A DNA stretch of 64,000 nt from Eledone cirrhosa (lineage: Eukaryota): contig OZ024743.1 of assembly GCA_964016885.1 (NCBI GenBank), positions 274,660,001 to 274,724,000 on the forward strand. Reading direction: 5' to 3'. The translations under genes were made by a program, and so were the position numbers. Positions 29,229-42,725 of the stretch are shown in pieces. The notes beneath the pieces were generated by a model. The model did no database searches, was not told the origin of the DNA, and saw only the letters and a program-made list of their open reading frames with translations. The stretch's first letter is position 1; every line of letters begins with the position of its first letter.

Positions 29229-31765
29229 CGCTTCTGTATCTTTTATATCTCCACAGTAAATTCATTTGGTCCTCAATGTTTATCATATGTATGTATGTAT
29301 ATATATATGTATATGTGTGTGTATATATACGCATATTTGTGTCTGTTTCTTATTTATAGTGTATGAACAAATATTTTTCAAAGAGAATGTAACTCATAGA
29401 AAGGTCGTTATATTTCAGTTCGTAGAGTGTATATCAATTTATTATGTAATACTTAGCTTATATGTATACAAGTAGTTTAGGGGTAAGGAGAAGTCTATTA
29501 TATCGAACCTAGTAGTTGACTGGTACTTTATTTTATGGGAACTGTGGGAGGCAAAGTTGTTCTCTGCGGGATTTGAACTTAGCATTTAAAGGGCCACAAC
29601 AATTATTGTCCCGTGAGGTGGACTGACTGTTACAGTGGGTCTCTTTGGCTATTCTGAGCGTTAACGCGTTTGCCAATTTGTCAGCTGGGCGCGGCTGAGT
29701 GACTACTGAGAAAGGCGTGTAATGACTGTCCCCCCCCCCCTCCACACTCTTCCTTTCTTTCATTGCTTAATCTTCTTTCTTTTTCTCCTTTTCTCTTTTT
29801 GTTTTCTTCTTCCTTTTATGTTCCCTTTAATAATTGTTTCTATTTTTGGCACAAGGCCAGCAATTAAATCCAGTGTATTACTGGTACTTTATTTTATCGA
29901 CCCCGTAAGGATGAAAGGCAAAGTTAACCTCGGCGGGATTTGAATTAATAATATGTTTTTATTAGATACTGCTCTATTATTTTTAAATAATGCCAATGGC
30001 TTTTCATGACATTGTGAGATATTGGATTAATAACTGCCTATTATTTGTCCGATACTTTAACGGCCTTATGAATCCGTTACTCAAATGTGATAATATACTG
30101 AAACACTTGCCCAAGGTGTCACGCAGCGAGAGAAACTGGACACCACGTGTTTGCAAAGTAAGCTACATAACCACACAGCCATGTCTGCGCCTATATGTAT
30201 ATTTATATTTAATTTCTTTCAATCTCTAATGCTGATGTCACATCAGTTGCATTGCCTGTAGAATTATTGTCTCTGTTAAATGTATAAATGAAAAAGGTCG
30301 GTGGATTGGCAGGATCGGTAGAGCGTCAATCAACATGTTTAACGACATGGAGTTATGGCCCTTTACGTTATGAGTCCAAATCCCGCCGAGGTTAGTTTTT
30401 CCTTTCAACGGTCGATAAAATAAAGTACCAGTAACGCACTGGGGTCGATTTAATCGACTTTCTCCTCCCCAAAAATTGTTGGCCTTGTGCCTAAATCAGA
30501 AACCATTAAATGTATAAACATATTAAAGAAATCAATGCGGTATAGCATCTTTCATTTTGAGTGAAGCTGGGTGGACGGAAACTGTTTAGAAAAACGTTTG
30601 ATAGACGGTAGCAGTAATTCAAAAGGCCAGCTTTGTCATGCCGTGTCACACTGGATCTCCCTGAGAATTACGTTAAGGGAACATGTGTCTCTTGAATGCT
30701 TAGCCACTTACATGTTAATTTCGTGAACAGGCTGTTCCGTTAATCGTACAACTGGAACACTCATCGTCGATACAGACGGCTGTTCAATCCATATATGTGT
30801 ATGAATGCATATAGATGAGCGCATTCTGTCTTTTTATAATAATAATAATAATGACGTGTTCATGTGTGAGTATGTGTGTGCCTGTGTGTGTGTGTGTGTG
30901 TGTGCATGTGTGTATGTGTGCGTGTGTGTATGCGTGTGTGCGTGTGCGTATGTCTGTGTGTGTGTGTGTGCGGGTATGTACGTATACGTGTGTGTGCGTG
31001 TGTGTATTTGTGTGTGTGTGTGTGTGTCTGTGTGTGTGCGTGTGTGTGTGAGCGCGCGCTTGAGGGTGATAGAGTTTGTGCGTGTTGTGTGTTTGTTTCT
31101 GTTTACTTGAGAGTGAGTTTGAGGCTTTGTGTATATGTTTGTTTATGTCTGTGTGTGTTTATTCGTGTATACATGTGTGTTTGTTTATGTGTGTTTTTTA
31201 TGTGTGTTTTTTTATGTGTGTGTGTATGTGTGTGTGCGTGTTTATTCGTATATACATATGTATTTGTATTAGTGCGTATGTATATGTGTGTGTGTGTGTG
31301 TGTTTATTCGTATATATATATGTGTGTTTGTGTGCGTATGTGAGTGTATGTGTGTTGTTTGTGTGCTGTTTGTGTGCTGTTTGTGTGTTGTTTGTGTGTT
31401 GTTTGTGTAGTTCTTTGTTTGTTGTTTGTGTGTTGTTTGTGTGTTGTTTGTGTGTTATTTGCAGGATTAGATCTGGTTTAAATCTAAAAGTGTTGATTAA
31501 TTGTCGCTTTTATTAAATCTAAATCTCATCTCTTCTGATGATGTTGATTAAGGAAAGAAAATGGAGTTCAGTTGAATGACGCATAATTAACCTGAAACAT
31601 ATACAACCACTCCACCCTATACACACACACACATATATACATTGATACACACATACAGACATAAATACATACATACATACATACATACGTACATACATAC
31701 ATACATACATACATACATACATACATACATACATACATACATACATACATACATACATACATACG

Positions 31766-31797
<32 letters not shown>

Positions 31798-31814
31798 TAT
31801 GCATACGTACTTTC

Positions 31815-31851
<37 letters not shown>

Positions 31852-32137
31852 CATGTATACACATACACACATGCAGAGTTCCAATATATAACTAACAGTT
31901 ATACCCTAATTCAAAAGTACATTAAACATCTCTTTGGTGATATATAGGGGAGAGCAGGGGTAGGGAGAGAGAGAGAGCAAGATAGACAGACTGACATGCA
32001 GAGGGACAAACCACGGTTAACTTTGCCTTTCATCCTTACGGGGTCGATAAAATAAAGTACCAGTAATGCACTGGGTATTTGCTGGCCTTGTGTCAAAAGT
32101 AGAAACAATTATTACACATGAATAGAAGGAGATGTAG

Positions 32138-32178
<41 letters not shown>

Positions 32179-32181
<3 letters not shown>

Positions 32182-32451
32182 TGGCTGCCAACTCGTTTTC
32201 GAGTACGGCCAATACTTTATATCCATATAGGAGAACCCCTACCGATGCGCTGAACGAGTGTGACTTTTTAATCCAGCCAGCGACTTGAAAATTCTGGTAC
32301 AAACATTACACTTGTGACAATTATTGACACATAGTGCTGGGCCCATGGTACCATGTGACGACAAGTGCAGAGAGATCTCCAGATATAAAGCAATGCCTGT
32401 GCCGTGAAGCTTTTATAGTGAGCAAAGGCACTGCACAAAGCCAGTCCCACT
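32179..32451 (-). mobile_element. 5'-truncated copy of the same RTE derivative
   Basis: Matches 40165-40437; encodes KCNVCTRIFKSLAGLKSHTRSAH*. Confidence 0.75.
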
Positions 32452-32537
32452 GGTATATATATATACATACAATGTATATATATATACATACAAACATATG
32501 TGTGCACGTGTGCTTGTTTGTTTATATATATGTGTGT

Positions 32538-32676
32538 GTTTCGGGAGGTAACCACAGTTTAAAAGAACACCCAATACGTTGGTAGAGTATAGACATCTTT
32601 ATTATATATAGAGAAATCACTTCTACAGGACTAGATCTGTTTCATTCGTATGAAACAGTTTTAGTCCTGTAGAAGT
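32538..32676. mobile_element. Family A fold-back element truncated in HHR stem II
   Basis: Shared ggaggtaaccacagt end; palindrome 32619-32676 acttctacaggact..tttcat tcgt atgaaa..agtcctgtagaagt. Confidence 0.72.
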
Positions 32677-32781
32677 CACACACCCCCCCCCTCTCTCTCT
32701 CTCTCTCGCTCTCTGCATATATATATATATATACTCTTTTACCTGTTCCAGCCACCCGGCTGAGGCCATGCTGGGGCCTTT

Positions 32782-32828
<47 letters not shown>

Positions 32829-32858
32829 GTGTATTTTATTTCTCATTCTACCTTGTGA

Positions 32859-32894
32859 TCTTCTGATGAAGGATTAGTGTCCGAAACGTTAAAA
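32859..32894 (+). ncRNA. Putative minimal PLE-type hammerhead
   Basis: tt-CTGATGA-a-gga ttagtg tcc-GAAA-cgt-TA^aa; palindromic AACGTT. Confidence 0.6.
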
Positions 32895-33047
32895 CTCTTT
32901 TTTTTTTTTTGTTATTTCAAGCATTAAACTAATGTATTTCTTCATTGTACTGTGTTGTTTGGTTTGTTATTTCTGTTTACTTTTTACATGCATACACATA
33001 TACACAAATATACACACACACACACACACATACATACGTATATTTAT

Positions 33048-33202
33048 ATAGGAAAAGAGTCAGGACCCCGACGGCTGAACTCCGGCCGTTTCGACAGCTA
33101 GATCCGAAGGCAGATCTTTTCCTATTATCCACTCTACTACCCTAAGTATTGAGTACCCTGGTGCGTTATGGTCCACCTGGTTTCTTACCACACTTTCTTT
33201 GT

Positions 33203-33203
<1 letters not shown>
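33048..33203. mobile_element. Family B copy in (TA)n
   Basis: taggaaaagagtcaggaccccgacggctgaactccggccgtttcgacagctagatcc plus inverted tail. Confidence 0.7.
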
Positions 33204-33299
<96 letters not shown>

Positions 33300-33889
33300 A
33301 TGTGTGTGTATACTTAGAGACATAAAGATGAGGACTGAGTAAGGAAGAAATAGAAAGAGAGATATATTAAGCGAAATAATGGGCATATTTTGTTAGTATT
33401 CGTCTCAATCTTTACTGATAAGCTGTTCTTCATATTATTTTTGTTATATGTTTCAAAGATTAAGATGGAGATGGCGGCGATGCATATGTGAGGAGGTTAG
33501 CGGGGTGGACTACGGTAGATATGGATGAGGGTGAGAGTAGGGTGGAAGGAATAGGGCATGCATACGTGTGCCTGTTAGTTGGGGTGCAAGATTGATGCGA
33601 TGTATACGTGTGTGAGCAGAGTGGACGATGAAGGGTGTGTATATATAAGGGTGTGAGGTTGGAGGAAGTTTTAGGGTATGTATAGGTGAAATGGGGTGTG
33701 TTGGGTAGAAAATGAAATATAGTTAAGATATAGGTAGAGATAGAAGTTGGGAAGGGTTATTGTCTAACATATGTGTATGTATATATGCATGTATGCATTT
33801 ACGCATGTATGTATGGATATACATTTACATGCATATGCGTTCTATGTGAACGTGTGAGTGTTTCTATATAATATAAACATACATATCTG

Positions 33890-33965
<76 letters not shown>

Positions 33966-34239
33966 GTGTGTGTGTACCATACTTATGAGGTGGATATATA
34001 CATATATCATTTTAATGAGTATATCTTCGCCCTAGTCCGATGTCGTAGTATTTGGTTTGTTGGTAATGGAAGAAGAAGAAGAAGAAGAAAGCAATGAGAG
34101 GATGTGAGAAGGATAAAGGGACGTGTCAAACAAAAAGCCATATCTCGCTGTATCTCACCATATCTCGTCATATCTCTCGTTATATCTTGTCTCCCGAAGG
34201 AATGCTATCAGACGAGACAAATAAAAATTAATCTGAAAC

Positions 34240-34800
34240 AAACACAACACACACAATAACACGCAGATAAAGACGAACATATACACATACACTCACATAA
34301 ACACACATACACACACATTCACACGCAGATAAAGACGAACATATACACATACACTCACATAAACACACATACACACACATTCACACGCAGATAAAGACGA
34401 ACATATACACATAGACACACACATACACACAATCACACTCACAGAGAGAGAGAGAGAGATAAAGGCGAACCTATACACATACACACACATACACACACAA
34501 TCACATTCACACTCACACACACACAGAGATAGATGCGAACATATACACATACACACACATAAACACTCATACACACGCATTCACACATACACGCACACAG
34601 AATCACACTCACACACACAGATAAAGTCGAACATATACATATACATAAACACACACAGGCACGTACACACAATCTCACTCACACACACAGATAAAGGCAA
34701 ACATATACGCATACACACACACTCACAATCACACTCACGCACGCAGAGATAAAGGCGAACATATACACATACACACAATTAAACACACATACACACACAT
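34240..34800. repeat. CA-rich ~60-75 bp minisatellite
   Basis: cagataaag(a/g)cgaacatatacacatacac recurs about 8 times. Confidence 0.8.
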
Positions 34801-35146
34801 ACATACACATTGACACACACGCAGACAATCTCAGATTTAGACAGGTACACACATACACGAACACGCCCCTACACAGATACAAACATATACAAACACACAC
34901 ATAATTATATATTCATACAGATACACACGACCATATGTACTCATGTAGGAATAGATATTGGAGAGAGAAATGTGAGTGCAAGTTTCGATAGATGTAGAGA
35001 AATGACAGGAAGAATTTTAGGTGAATAGGTGTGTTGAACACATGACATGTAGAAAAAATGGTGGCTTCTACGAATGTTTCGTCTAATCCATTACACCCCC
35101 CACACACACAAACACGCATATATATATATACATATATATATATATA

Positions 35147-35338
35147 AGTTACTCTGGGTTCAATCGGGGGTAACCACAGTAAGTAAGGTACTCAATACAT
35201 AGCAGAGTATAAATGTTTTAATATAGAAAAGCTTCTACAGGACTAGAACTGTTTCATTCATAAGAAATCATCAGGAAGCTCTTCCTGGTGATTTCTCACG
35301 AATGAAACAGTTCTGGTCCTGTAGAAGCTTTTCTATAT
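35147..35338. mobile_element. Family A fold-back element with two inverted hammerheads
   Basis: Minus strand: agcttc-CTGATGA-tttc ttat gaat-GAAA-cag ttctagtc ctg-TA^gaagct (6-bp stem I). The plus arm has CTGGTGA. Confidence 0.82.
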
Positions 35339-35344
35339 ACATAC

Positions 35345-35400
<56 letters not shown>

Positions 35401-35402
<2 letters not shown>

Positions 35403-35616
35403 ATGTGAGAAAAACCACAGAACCACAGACCCTCCATCTCAACTCTACTTTTGAAAAGCAGAAGAACTGCGAAACCGGTAAAGGACCAAATAAATATATA
35501 TATATTTTTTTTAAATAAGACTCCAGTTGCATTTTTCTATTTCATCTTTTTTTCTTTATACTTTCACTCGTGTAGGACACCTCGGTTATTTTTTTATTTT
35601 GTAAAAAAAACCTCAC

Positions 35617-35623
<7 letters not shown>
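35401..35623 (+). mobile_element. Family C monomer with minimal type I hammerhead (U3-A8 core variant) at 35448-35483
   Basis: ctt-TTGAAAA-gcag aagaa ctgc-GAAA-ccgg-TA^aag. The downstream tail matches 9585-9734(-) and 10118-10225. Confidence 0.78.
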
Positions 35624-35701
<78 letters not shown>

Positions 35702-36077
35702 GGTATATACATATATATATAGAGAGAGAGATTTATATATACATATATACATCTCTTTAAGGTTTACTACTTTATATATACATATATGCATCTCTTTAAG
35801 GTTTACTACCCTGTCTTTAACCTAATTCATTCAATCTGAAAATATTGAAGAGATAAGACACTTTCCCATTCTTCTCTGCTAAAATGTATCACTAGAGTTG
35901 ATTCCAATTTTTCCAGCCATCCATCCATCCATCCATCCATCCTTACTAATCTACGAAGGTATTTTAGCCTACATATTGTTGTTAATATTAATGATTAATG
36001 ATGTTCCCTGCTGTATTAGCGATAAATTTTCGAGGGTTTTTCTTAGTAGTTTTTCATGACGTTATTATTTATAATTT

Positions 36078-36272
36078 TAGGGCGGTGAATTGGCAGTATC
36101 GGTAGAGGGTTGGACGCCATGCTTTGACGCATAGAGTTACGGCCCTTGCCATTCTGAGTTCAAATCCCGCCGAGGTTAACTTTGCCTTTCATCCTTATGG
36201 GGTCGATAAAATAAAGTACCAGTAATGTACTGGATAATTGCTGGCCTTGTGCCAAAAGTAGAAACAGTTATT
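36078..36272 (+). mobile_element. tRNA-derived SINE family 1 (MetaSINE-like core), representative full copy
   Basis: A box tggcagtatcgg, B box gagttcaaatcc, core gcctttcatcc..ggggtcgataaaataaagtacc, (TTA) tail. Other copies ~6405-6645(-), 25830-25948(+), 28532-28675(+), 29828-29945(-), 30297-30507(+), 32015-32112(+), 53160-53320(-). Confidence 0.85.
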
Positions 36273-36539
36273 ATTTATAATTTTACTGATGTAGTATTAA
36301 CTTGGATATTTACCATGCGGTATTCTAATTCTATTGTATCTCTCTCAGTTATTTACCATGCGACCCTCACTTCCTACCTCACAAGTCCCCCCCCCCCCCC
36401 CCCACACACACACCACCATAGTCTATTCGACCAATCAAACCTAGCATGCCATTTCCACCACTGCTGCTGCTACTACCTGCCTAACTCACTCTCTCCTCCT
36501 CTGGCGCATCCCAACACACCCTGCCATTACCCCACCACC

Positions 36540-39500
36540 ACTGTTCTTCTAGCCCTCAATTTTCCCACCGTTATGGATGGATGAGCTGAGAATACATTTG
36601 AGCAACTCTGAATCAATAGATGAAATATGAATCTGCGAGCTACCAAGCACCCACGTGAAGCGCCAACCCAGAGACCCTCCCCTACGAGTGTCGACAAATG
36701 CCCAAAACTCCGAGTTGGTACCATCAATGTAGGCTCAATGAAAGGAAGAGCAGGAGAAATCGTAGAAATGCTAGAGCGAAAGGAAGTTGATGTATGCTGT
36801 GTGCAAGAGACTAGATGGAGAGGAGGGTCTGCTAGAGTCCTTGTAGGAAAAAGCCAGTGCTACAAATTTTTCTGGGTGGGAAATGACGATGGGATGGGTG
36901 GTGTAGGTATACTATTAGCTGACAAGTGGGTAGATAAAGTAATCTCAGTGTACAGGGTAAATGCAAGAATCATTAAACTCAGACTAGTCCTGAATAAGAC
37001 AATTACCACAATAATATCAGCTTACGCACCCCAATCGGGGCTGCCAGACGAACTTAAGGATAGGTTTTACGAGTCCCTAATACACACTACTGCTCTAACA
37101 GACGACAAGGACTTCCTAATCATTGCAGGAGATTTTAACGGACACGTAGGTAAACACTGCGACGGCTTCAATAGAGTACATGGAGGCCATGGAGTTGGCA
37201 CAAGGAATGAGGAAGGATTCAGACTTCTAGAATTCTGCGACGCCAATGACATGTCGATATGTAACACAAACTTTAAAAAACCCGACAACCACCTGATCAC
37301 CTATAGATCAGGGGAGCACTCTAGTCAGTTAGATTTTATTCTCATCAGAGGACGTGACAGATGGACGGTCGTAAACACAAAAGCCTTCCCTAGTGAGGAA
37401 TGTACATCCCAACATAGCTTAGTTGTCAGCGACCTCACGGTCAGAACTAGACGAACCCGGAAACAGAGGCCAACCTGGAGAAGAAAGATCTGGAAGCTGA
37501 AAGTCCCCTCAACCAGTAACAGATTTAAAGATATTTTACTCAACGCCTACGACAGTAAAGAAGAACAGATAGAGACATTTAACGTAGAAGAGAACTGGGA
37601 GTTCCTAAAAAATAACTTACTAGAGGCGACGGATGAGGTTTGTGGCTGGAGTAAGACCACAAGCAGGAGGAGAGTGACTTGGTGGTGGAACAATAAGGTA
37701 GATGAAGCAGTCAAGGCCAAGAGACAGGCATGGAAAGAATGGAAGAACGGGGGGAGCAGGGTACATTACATAGAGACCAAGAGGGAAGCTAGGCGACAAG
37801 TATACTTAGCTAGGAGGGAAGCAGAGGATAGAAAATTCAAGCATGTTTTACAACGTGAGGACCAGAAACAGGAGGTATTCAAGATTGCGAGGCAGTGTGT
37901 CAGAGATAGTTGTGATGTCATTGGAGAGAAGTGTATCCGGAATGATAAAGGTGAGCTTTCCCTCACAAGTGCTGAGAAGAAAGATGCATGGAAGAGTCAT
38001 TATGATAGATTACTAAATGAGGAGAATGCATGGGAAGAAGAGACCCTACCCCACGTAGACCCTATAGAGGGACCAGCAGTACAAGTCAGCGGCAGCGTAG
38101 TAAGTAAGGCAATCAGAGATATGAAGATAGGGAAGACAACCGGTCCATCGGGTATAGCTGCCGAGATGCTGAAGGCATCTGGGTCTGTAGGTCACACTAT
38201 AACCACACGTATCGTTAACCAGGTAATACTAGAAGGGGCCATACCAAAGATCGGTGCAGTAGCATCATTGTCAACTGCTACAAAGGTAAAGGCGATGCAC
38301 TAGATAGAGGAAACTATAGAGGTATAAAGTTGATGGACCAGGTCATGAAAGTAACAGAAAGAGTTATAGCACAGCTGATTAGGGACCGGGTGAATATAGA
38401 CGAGATGCAATTTGGGTTTGTACTAGGGAAAGGCACCACTGATGCCCTCTTCCTTGTGAGGCAATTACAGGAAAATTACCTAGCTAAAAGTAAGCCACTC
38501 TACTTGGCATTTGTCGACCTAGAGAAAGCCTTTGACAGAGTTCCACGTGCAGTAATCTGGTGGGCTCTTAGAAAACTAGGAGTAGATGAATGGCTTGTGA
38601 AAGCGGTACAAGCCATGTATAGGGGAGCAGTCAGCAAAGTTAGGATTAGCAATGAGTATAGCGAGGAATTTAGCGTACAGGTTGGGGTCCACCAGGGCTC
38701 TGTTCTTAGCCCTCTCCTGTTCATCATAGTCCTGCAGGCAATAACGGAGGAGTTTAAGACCGGATGCCCATGGGAACACCTGTATGCTGATGACCTCGCA
38801 CTCATAGCTGAATCTATGGTAGAACTAGAGAATAAATTCCAAACCTGGAAGCAGGGACTAGAGAGAAAGGGCCTCAAAGTCAACATGACAAAGACTAAGG
38901 TCCTTGTAAGTAGACGAGAAAACAGAACCCAGATCCCCTCAGGGAAATGGCCTTGCTCAGTATGTAGGAAAGGTGTAGGTAGGAACTCCATTCTCTGCCC
39001 CAAATGCAAACAATGGGTACACAAGAGATGTAGCGGGATCTCAGGAAGCTTAATTAAGAATGTAGGATTCACATGCAGCAGCTGTGCTGAAACAGCAAGC
39101 AAACAGCCACAGGAAACAAGTACCACCAATCTCTGGGAGGGCCCTGTAGAAACAGTAGACAGCTTCTGCTACCTAGGTGACCGAATTAGCAACGGAGGTG
39201 GGTGCTCAGAAAGTACAATAACTAGGGTAAGAACGGGATGGAAGAAGTTTAGGGAACTACTACCACTGCTAGCTGCAAAAGGCTTCTCCCTCAGAATGAA
39301 AGGCAGACTGTATGATGCGTGTATCCGAACAGCGATGTTGCATGGTAGTGAGACCTGGGCGCTGAAGGTGGAAGACTTACGTAGATTAGAGAGAAACGAA
39401 GCCTGCATGCTCCGATGGATGTGTAACAGTAATATACGTGAACGACAAAGCATAAAGGAATTGAGAGAGAGACTGAGCATAAGAGGAATCAAATGCTGCG

Positions 39501-40046
39501 TGCAGGAGAGGCGGTTACGCTGGTATGGACATGTGATGCGTATGAAGGATGACAGCTGCATAAAAAGGTGCAGAGCACTAGAAGTTGATGGAAACCGCGG
39601 AGTGGGGAGACCCAAGATGACTTGGGATGAGGTGATAAAAGCCGACCTTACCCAACTACACCTCTCAAAGTCAATGACACACGACCGTGACTTCTGGCAT
39701 CACGCAGTAATACAGGGTACCCGACCTCCCATGGGTACATGCTGAAGCATATAAACAATATGCCCCCACTCCCCCCACCGCAAGGTGGTCGTGGAGGTGC
39801 CACGGCAAAAAAGCACCCAGCCCACACTGTAAAGTGGACGTGTAGGCGCCACGAAAAAGCACCCAGCACTCACTGTAAATGAGGTTGGTGTTAGGAAGGG
39901 CATCCAGCTGTAGAAATCAAGCCAGATCAGTTCCTGTATGAGCAAAGCATGGTCAGCCGACCAGACACTGCCCACAACAGGACAACCCGTCTAACCCATG
40001 CTAGCGTGGAAGAACGGACGTAAAACGGTGATGATGATGATGATGA
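36540..40046 (+). mobile_element. RTE-clade non-LTR retrotransposon, near full length, (GAT)n 3' tail
   Basis: APE endonuclease and RT reading frames (below), followed by a 3' UTR ending ...ggacgtaaaacggtgatgatgatgatg. The 5' boundary is approximate. Confidence 0.93.
36627..39745 (+). pseudogene. RTE APE endonuclease/reverse transcriptase ORF split by one frameshift near 38247
   Basis: APE motifs GTINVGSM, VQETRW, SAYAPQ, GDFNGHVG, QLDFIL. RT motifs QFGF, AFVDLEKAFDRV, GVHQGSVLSPLLF, YADD, FCYLG, RRLRWYGHV. Shifting frame at ~38247 restores ..CSSIIVNCYKGKGDALDRGNYRGIKL. Confidence 0.92.
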
Positions 40047-40164
40047 TACATATATGTACATATATATATATACATATATACATATATATATATATACATA
40101 TATATACACATATATATATAGATATACATACGCACGTGCCTACATACATACATACACACATACA

Positions 40165-40773
40165 TGGTGGCTGCCAACTCGTTTTCGAGTACGGCCACTA
40201 CTTTATATCCATGTAGGAGAACCCTTACCGATGCACTGAACGAGTGTGACTTTTTAGTCCAGCCAGCAACTTGAAAACTCTGGTACAAACACTACACTTG
40301 TGACAATTATTGACACATAGTGCTGGGCCCATGGTACCATGTGACGACAAGTGCAGAGAGATCTCCAGATATAAAGCAATGCCTGTGCCGTGAAGCTTTT
40401 ATAGTGAGCAAAGGCACTGCACAAAGCCAGTCCCACTCTCTTAACCAAGATGATATTTACCAAAAAGAAGAACAAGTCAACATCATTGGATACCATCAGA
40501 GTTGCAGGTGTTATATCAGAGTTTTCCTTCTCCTAGAATTCTGCCTTGACAAAGGCTAAGGGGTCATCTCTCCCGGTGATTTTGGATGGCCATTGACTCT
40601 TAAGAGCTCCTTTGCCATTTGACAGGTTTTGTTTTTAGTCCTGCAGGATGTCCAAAGTCACCCTCCTCACCAAGAAACCTTGGTGGGGTTGCCAGTTTAG
40701 TCGCCAACGACCCGACCATGAGACAGGTTGTACTGGGATACATGTTACCAGTAGCACCAACTGGTGACCTGAC
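40165..40773 (-). mobile_element. Non-autonomous RTE-derived element in (TACA)n
   Basis: RTE-like 5' UTR motifs (ctaggagaaggaaaactctga; ggcgactaaactggcaacccc), terminal C2H2 remnant KCSVCTRVFKLLAGLKSHTRSVH*, and a (TGTA)n tail. Confidence 0.75.
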
Positions 40774-41497
40774 ATACATACATACATACATACATACATA
40801 CATACATACATACATACATACATACATACATACATACATACATACATACATACATACATACATACATACATACATACATACATACATAAGAAAACACATC
40901 AAGGAAAAATAACACAGATGAACAATGTAATACAATGATGATATATTAGTTTAAGGCTTGATATAGTTGGAAAAGAATCTTATCGTTTTGGACGCTTGTT
41001 CTTCATCGTAAGATAGAATGAGAGAGAAAAGATATGGTGTTTGGCAGAGAGGCTGAGATGAAAAGAATGGTCAGTATTGTCTGAGGGAATCGAACTCACA
41101 TCTACCCTATACCGGACGGCTGCACAATAAATAAACCAAAGTAAGACGACTTAACAGTTATTTTTAGCCATTATCTTTCGACCAGTGGATGTAATCATAT
41201 CATTTGTATTCACAAATCGTTGAGCAAATTTTGTATTAAGAAAGTATGTTAGCTTAATGAAAGCTGCTTCAACGCAGGTTTCTTTTTGACCATAAAAATA
41301 ATCGAACAAGTTGGTCTGTAAGACCTTCGAGACGGGAAAGGTGAACAGTATTTCATGGATGTGTTTTTTCTGACATTGCATATTTTGTATATTTTATTAA
41401 TTCTGGGACGACATAAGATATTGTGGGATTCATGTTTAATACCAAATTCCTCGAACCAATATTCAGTTTATAATATATAGACGTATCTATATATCAA

Positions 41498-41718
41498 TAA
41501 TTGTTTCTACTTTAGGCTCAAGGCCAGCAATTTGAAGGGGGCGGTGTAATCGATTAAAGCGACCCCAGTGAATACTGGTACTTTATTTTATCGATGCTGT
41601 AAACATGAAAGGCAAAACTAACTTCGGCGGACTTTGAAATCAGAACGTAAAGGGCCGTAACTCTAAGCTGCGAAGCATGATGTTAGACGGTCTACCGATT
41701 CTGCCAATCCACCGCCCT
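41498..41718 (-). mobile_element. SINE family 1 copy (long subfamily)
   Basis: Homologous core with extra ggggg..atcgatt segment. Confidence 0.8.
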
Positions 41719-41837
41719 ATCTATGTATTAATAATGTATTTTGTTCTCTCACATTATTGAAATATGTGCGAATAGAGTAAAATATCTGAATTTGCCATAT
41801 AGGATAACCATCCATTACATATATATATGATTCAAAA

Positions 41838-41915
<78 letters not shown>

Positions 41916-42043
41916 TCCTTTCTTTCTTTATATACATATCTCTTACTTTTGAATTATTATGCCTCTGGACAAAGTCTATTGAATATTTTTTATTGAGAAG
42001 CACAAAAATCAAGCATATTTGATATGTTTTGATACCTCACATT

Positions 42044-42087
<44 letters not shown>

Positions 42088-42091
<4 letters not shown>

Positions 42092-42228
42092 AAAAGAGTC
42101 AGGATTCCGACGGCTGAGCTCCGGCCGTCGGAATGGCCGGAGCACAGCCGTCGGAATCCTGACTCTTTTCCTATTACCCACTCTACTACACTGCGTTATG
42201 GTCCACCTGGTTTCTTACCACACCTTCA
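42088..42228. mobile_element. Family B fold-back copy
   Basis: taggaaaagagtcaggattccgacggctg...cagccgtcggaatcctgactcttttccta. Confidence 0.7.
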
Positions 42229-42285
42229 TATATATACATATAAATAATAAAGGTTTACAAGGATTTGAATTAAATCATTTAATTG

Positions 42286-42351
42286 AATTACGACTGTTTC
42301 GTTAGACTAACTGAAATATTCCATTCCTGTTAGAATAAACTCATCAGAACC
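42286..42351 (-). ncRNA. Putative type I hammerhead, stem I degenerate
   Basis: CTGATGA-gtt..ctaac..gttag..aac-GAAA-cagtcg-TA. Confidence 0.5.
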
Positions 42352-42587
42352 GATTAAATACAAATAATATTTACGTTACATGTCCCTAAATTATAGTGGA
42401 AGTAAGGTTTATCTTTATTCTTTATACAATATGCTCTGTGATGTTGTAAAGCTACTATGATTGGAAATTTGCTAATTGGATTAAACTCTGAAATGTCCCT
42501 TACCTATCTTGCTGTGGACTATAAAATCACACACAACTTTGCCTTTATACGGTTGTATTATCAACAACTCATTTAAACGCTTTTGTG

Positions 42588-42725
<138 letters not shown>

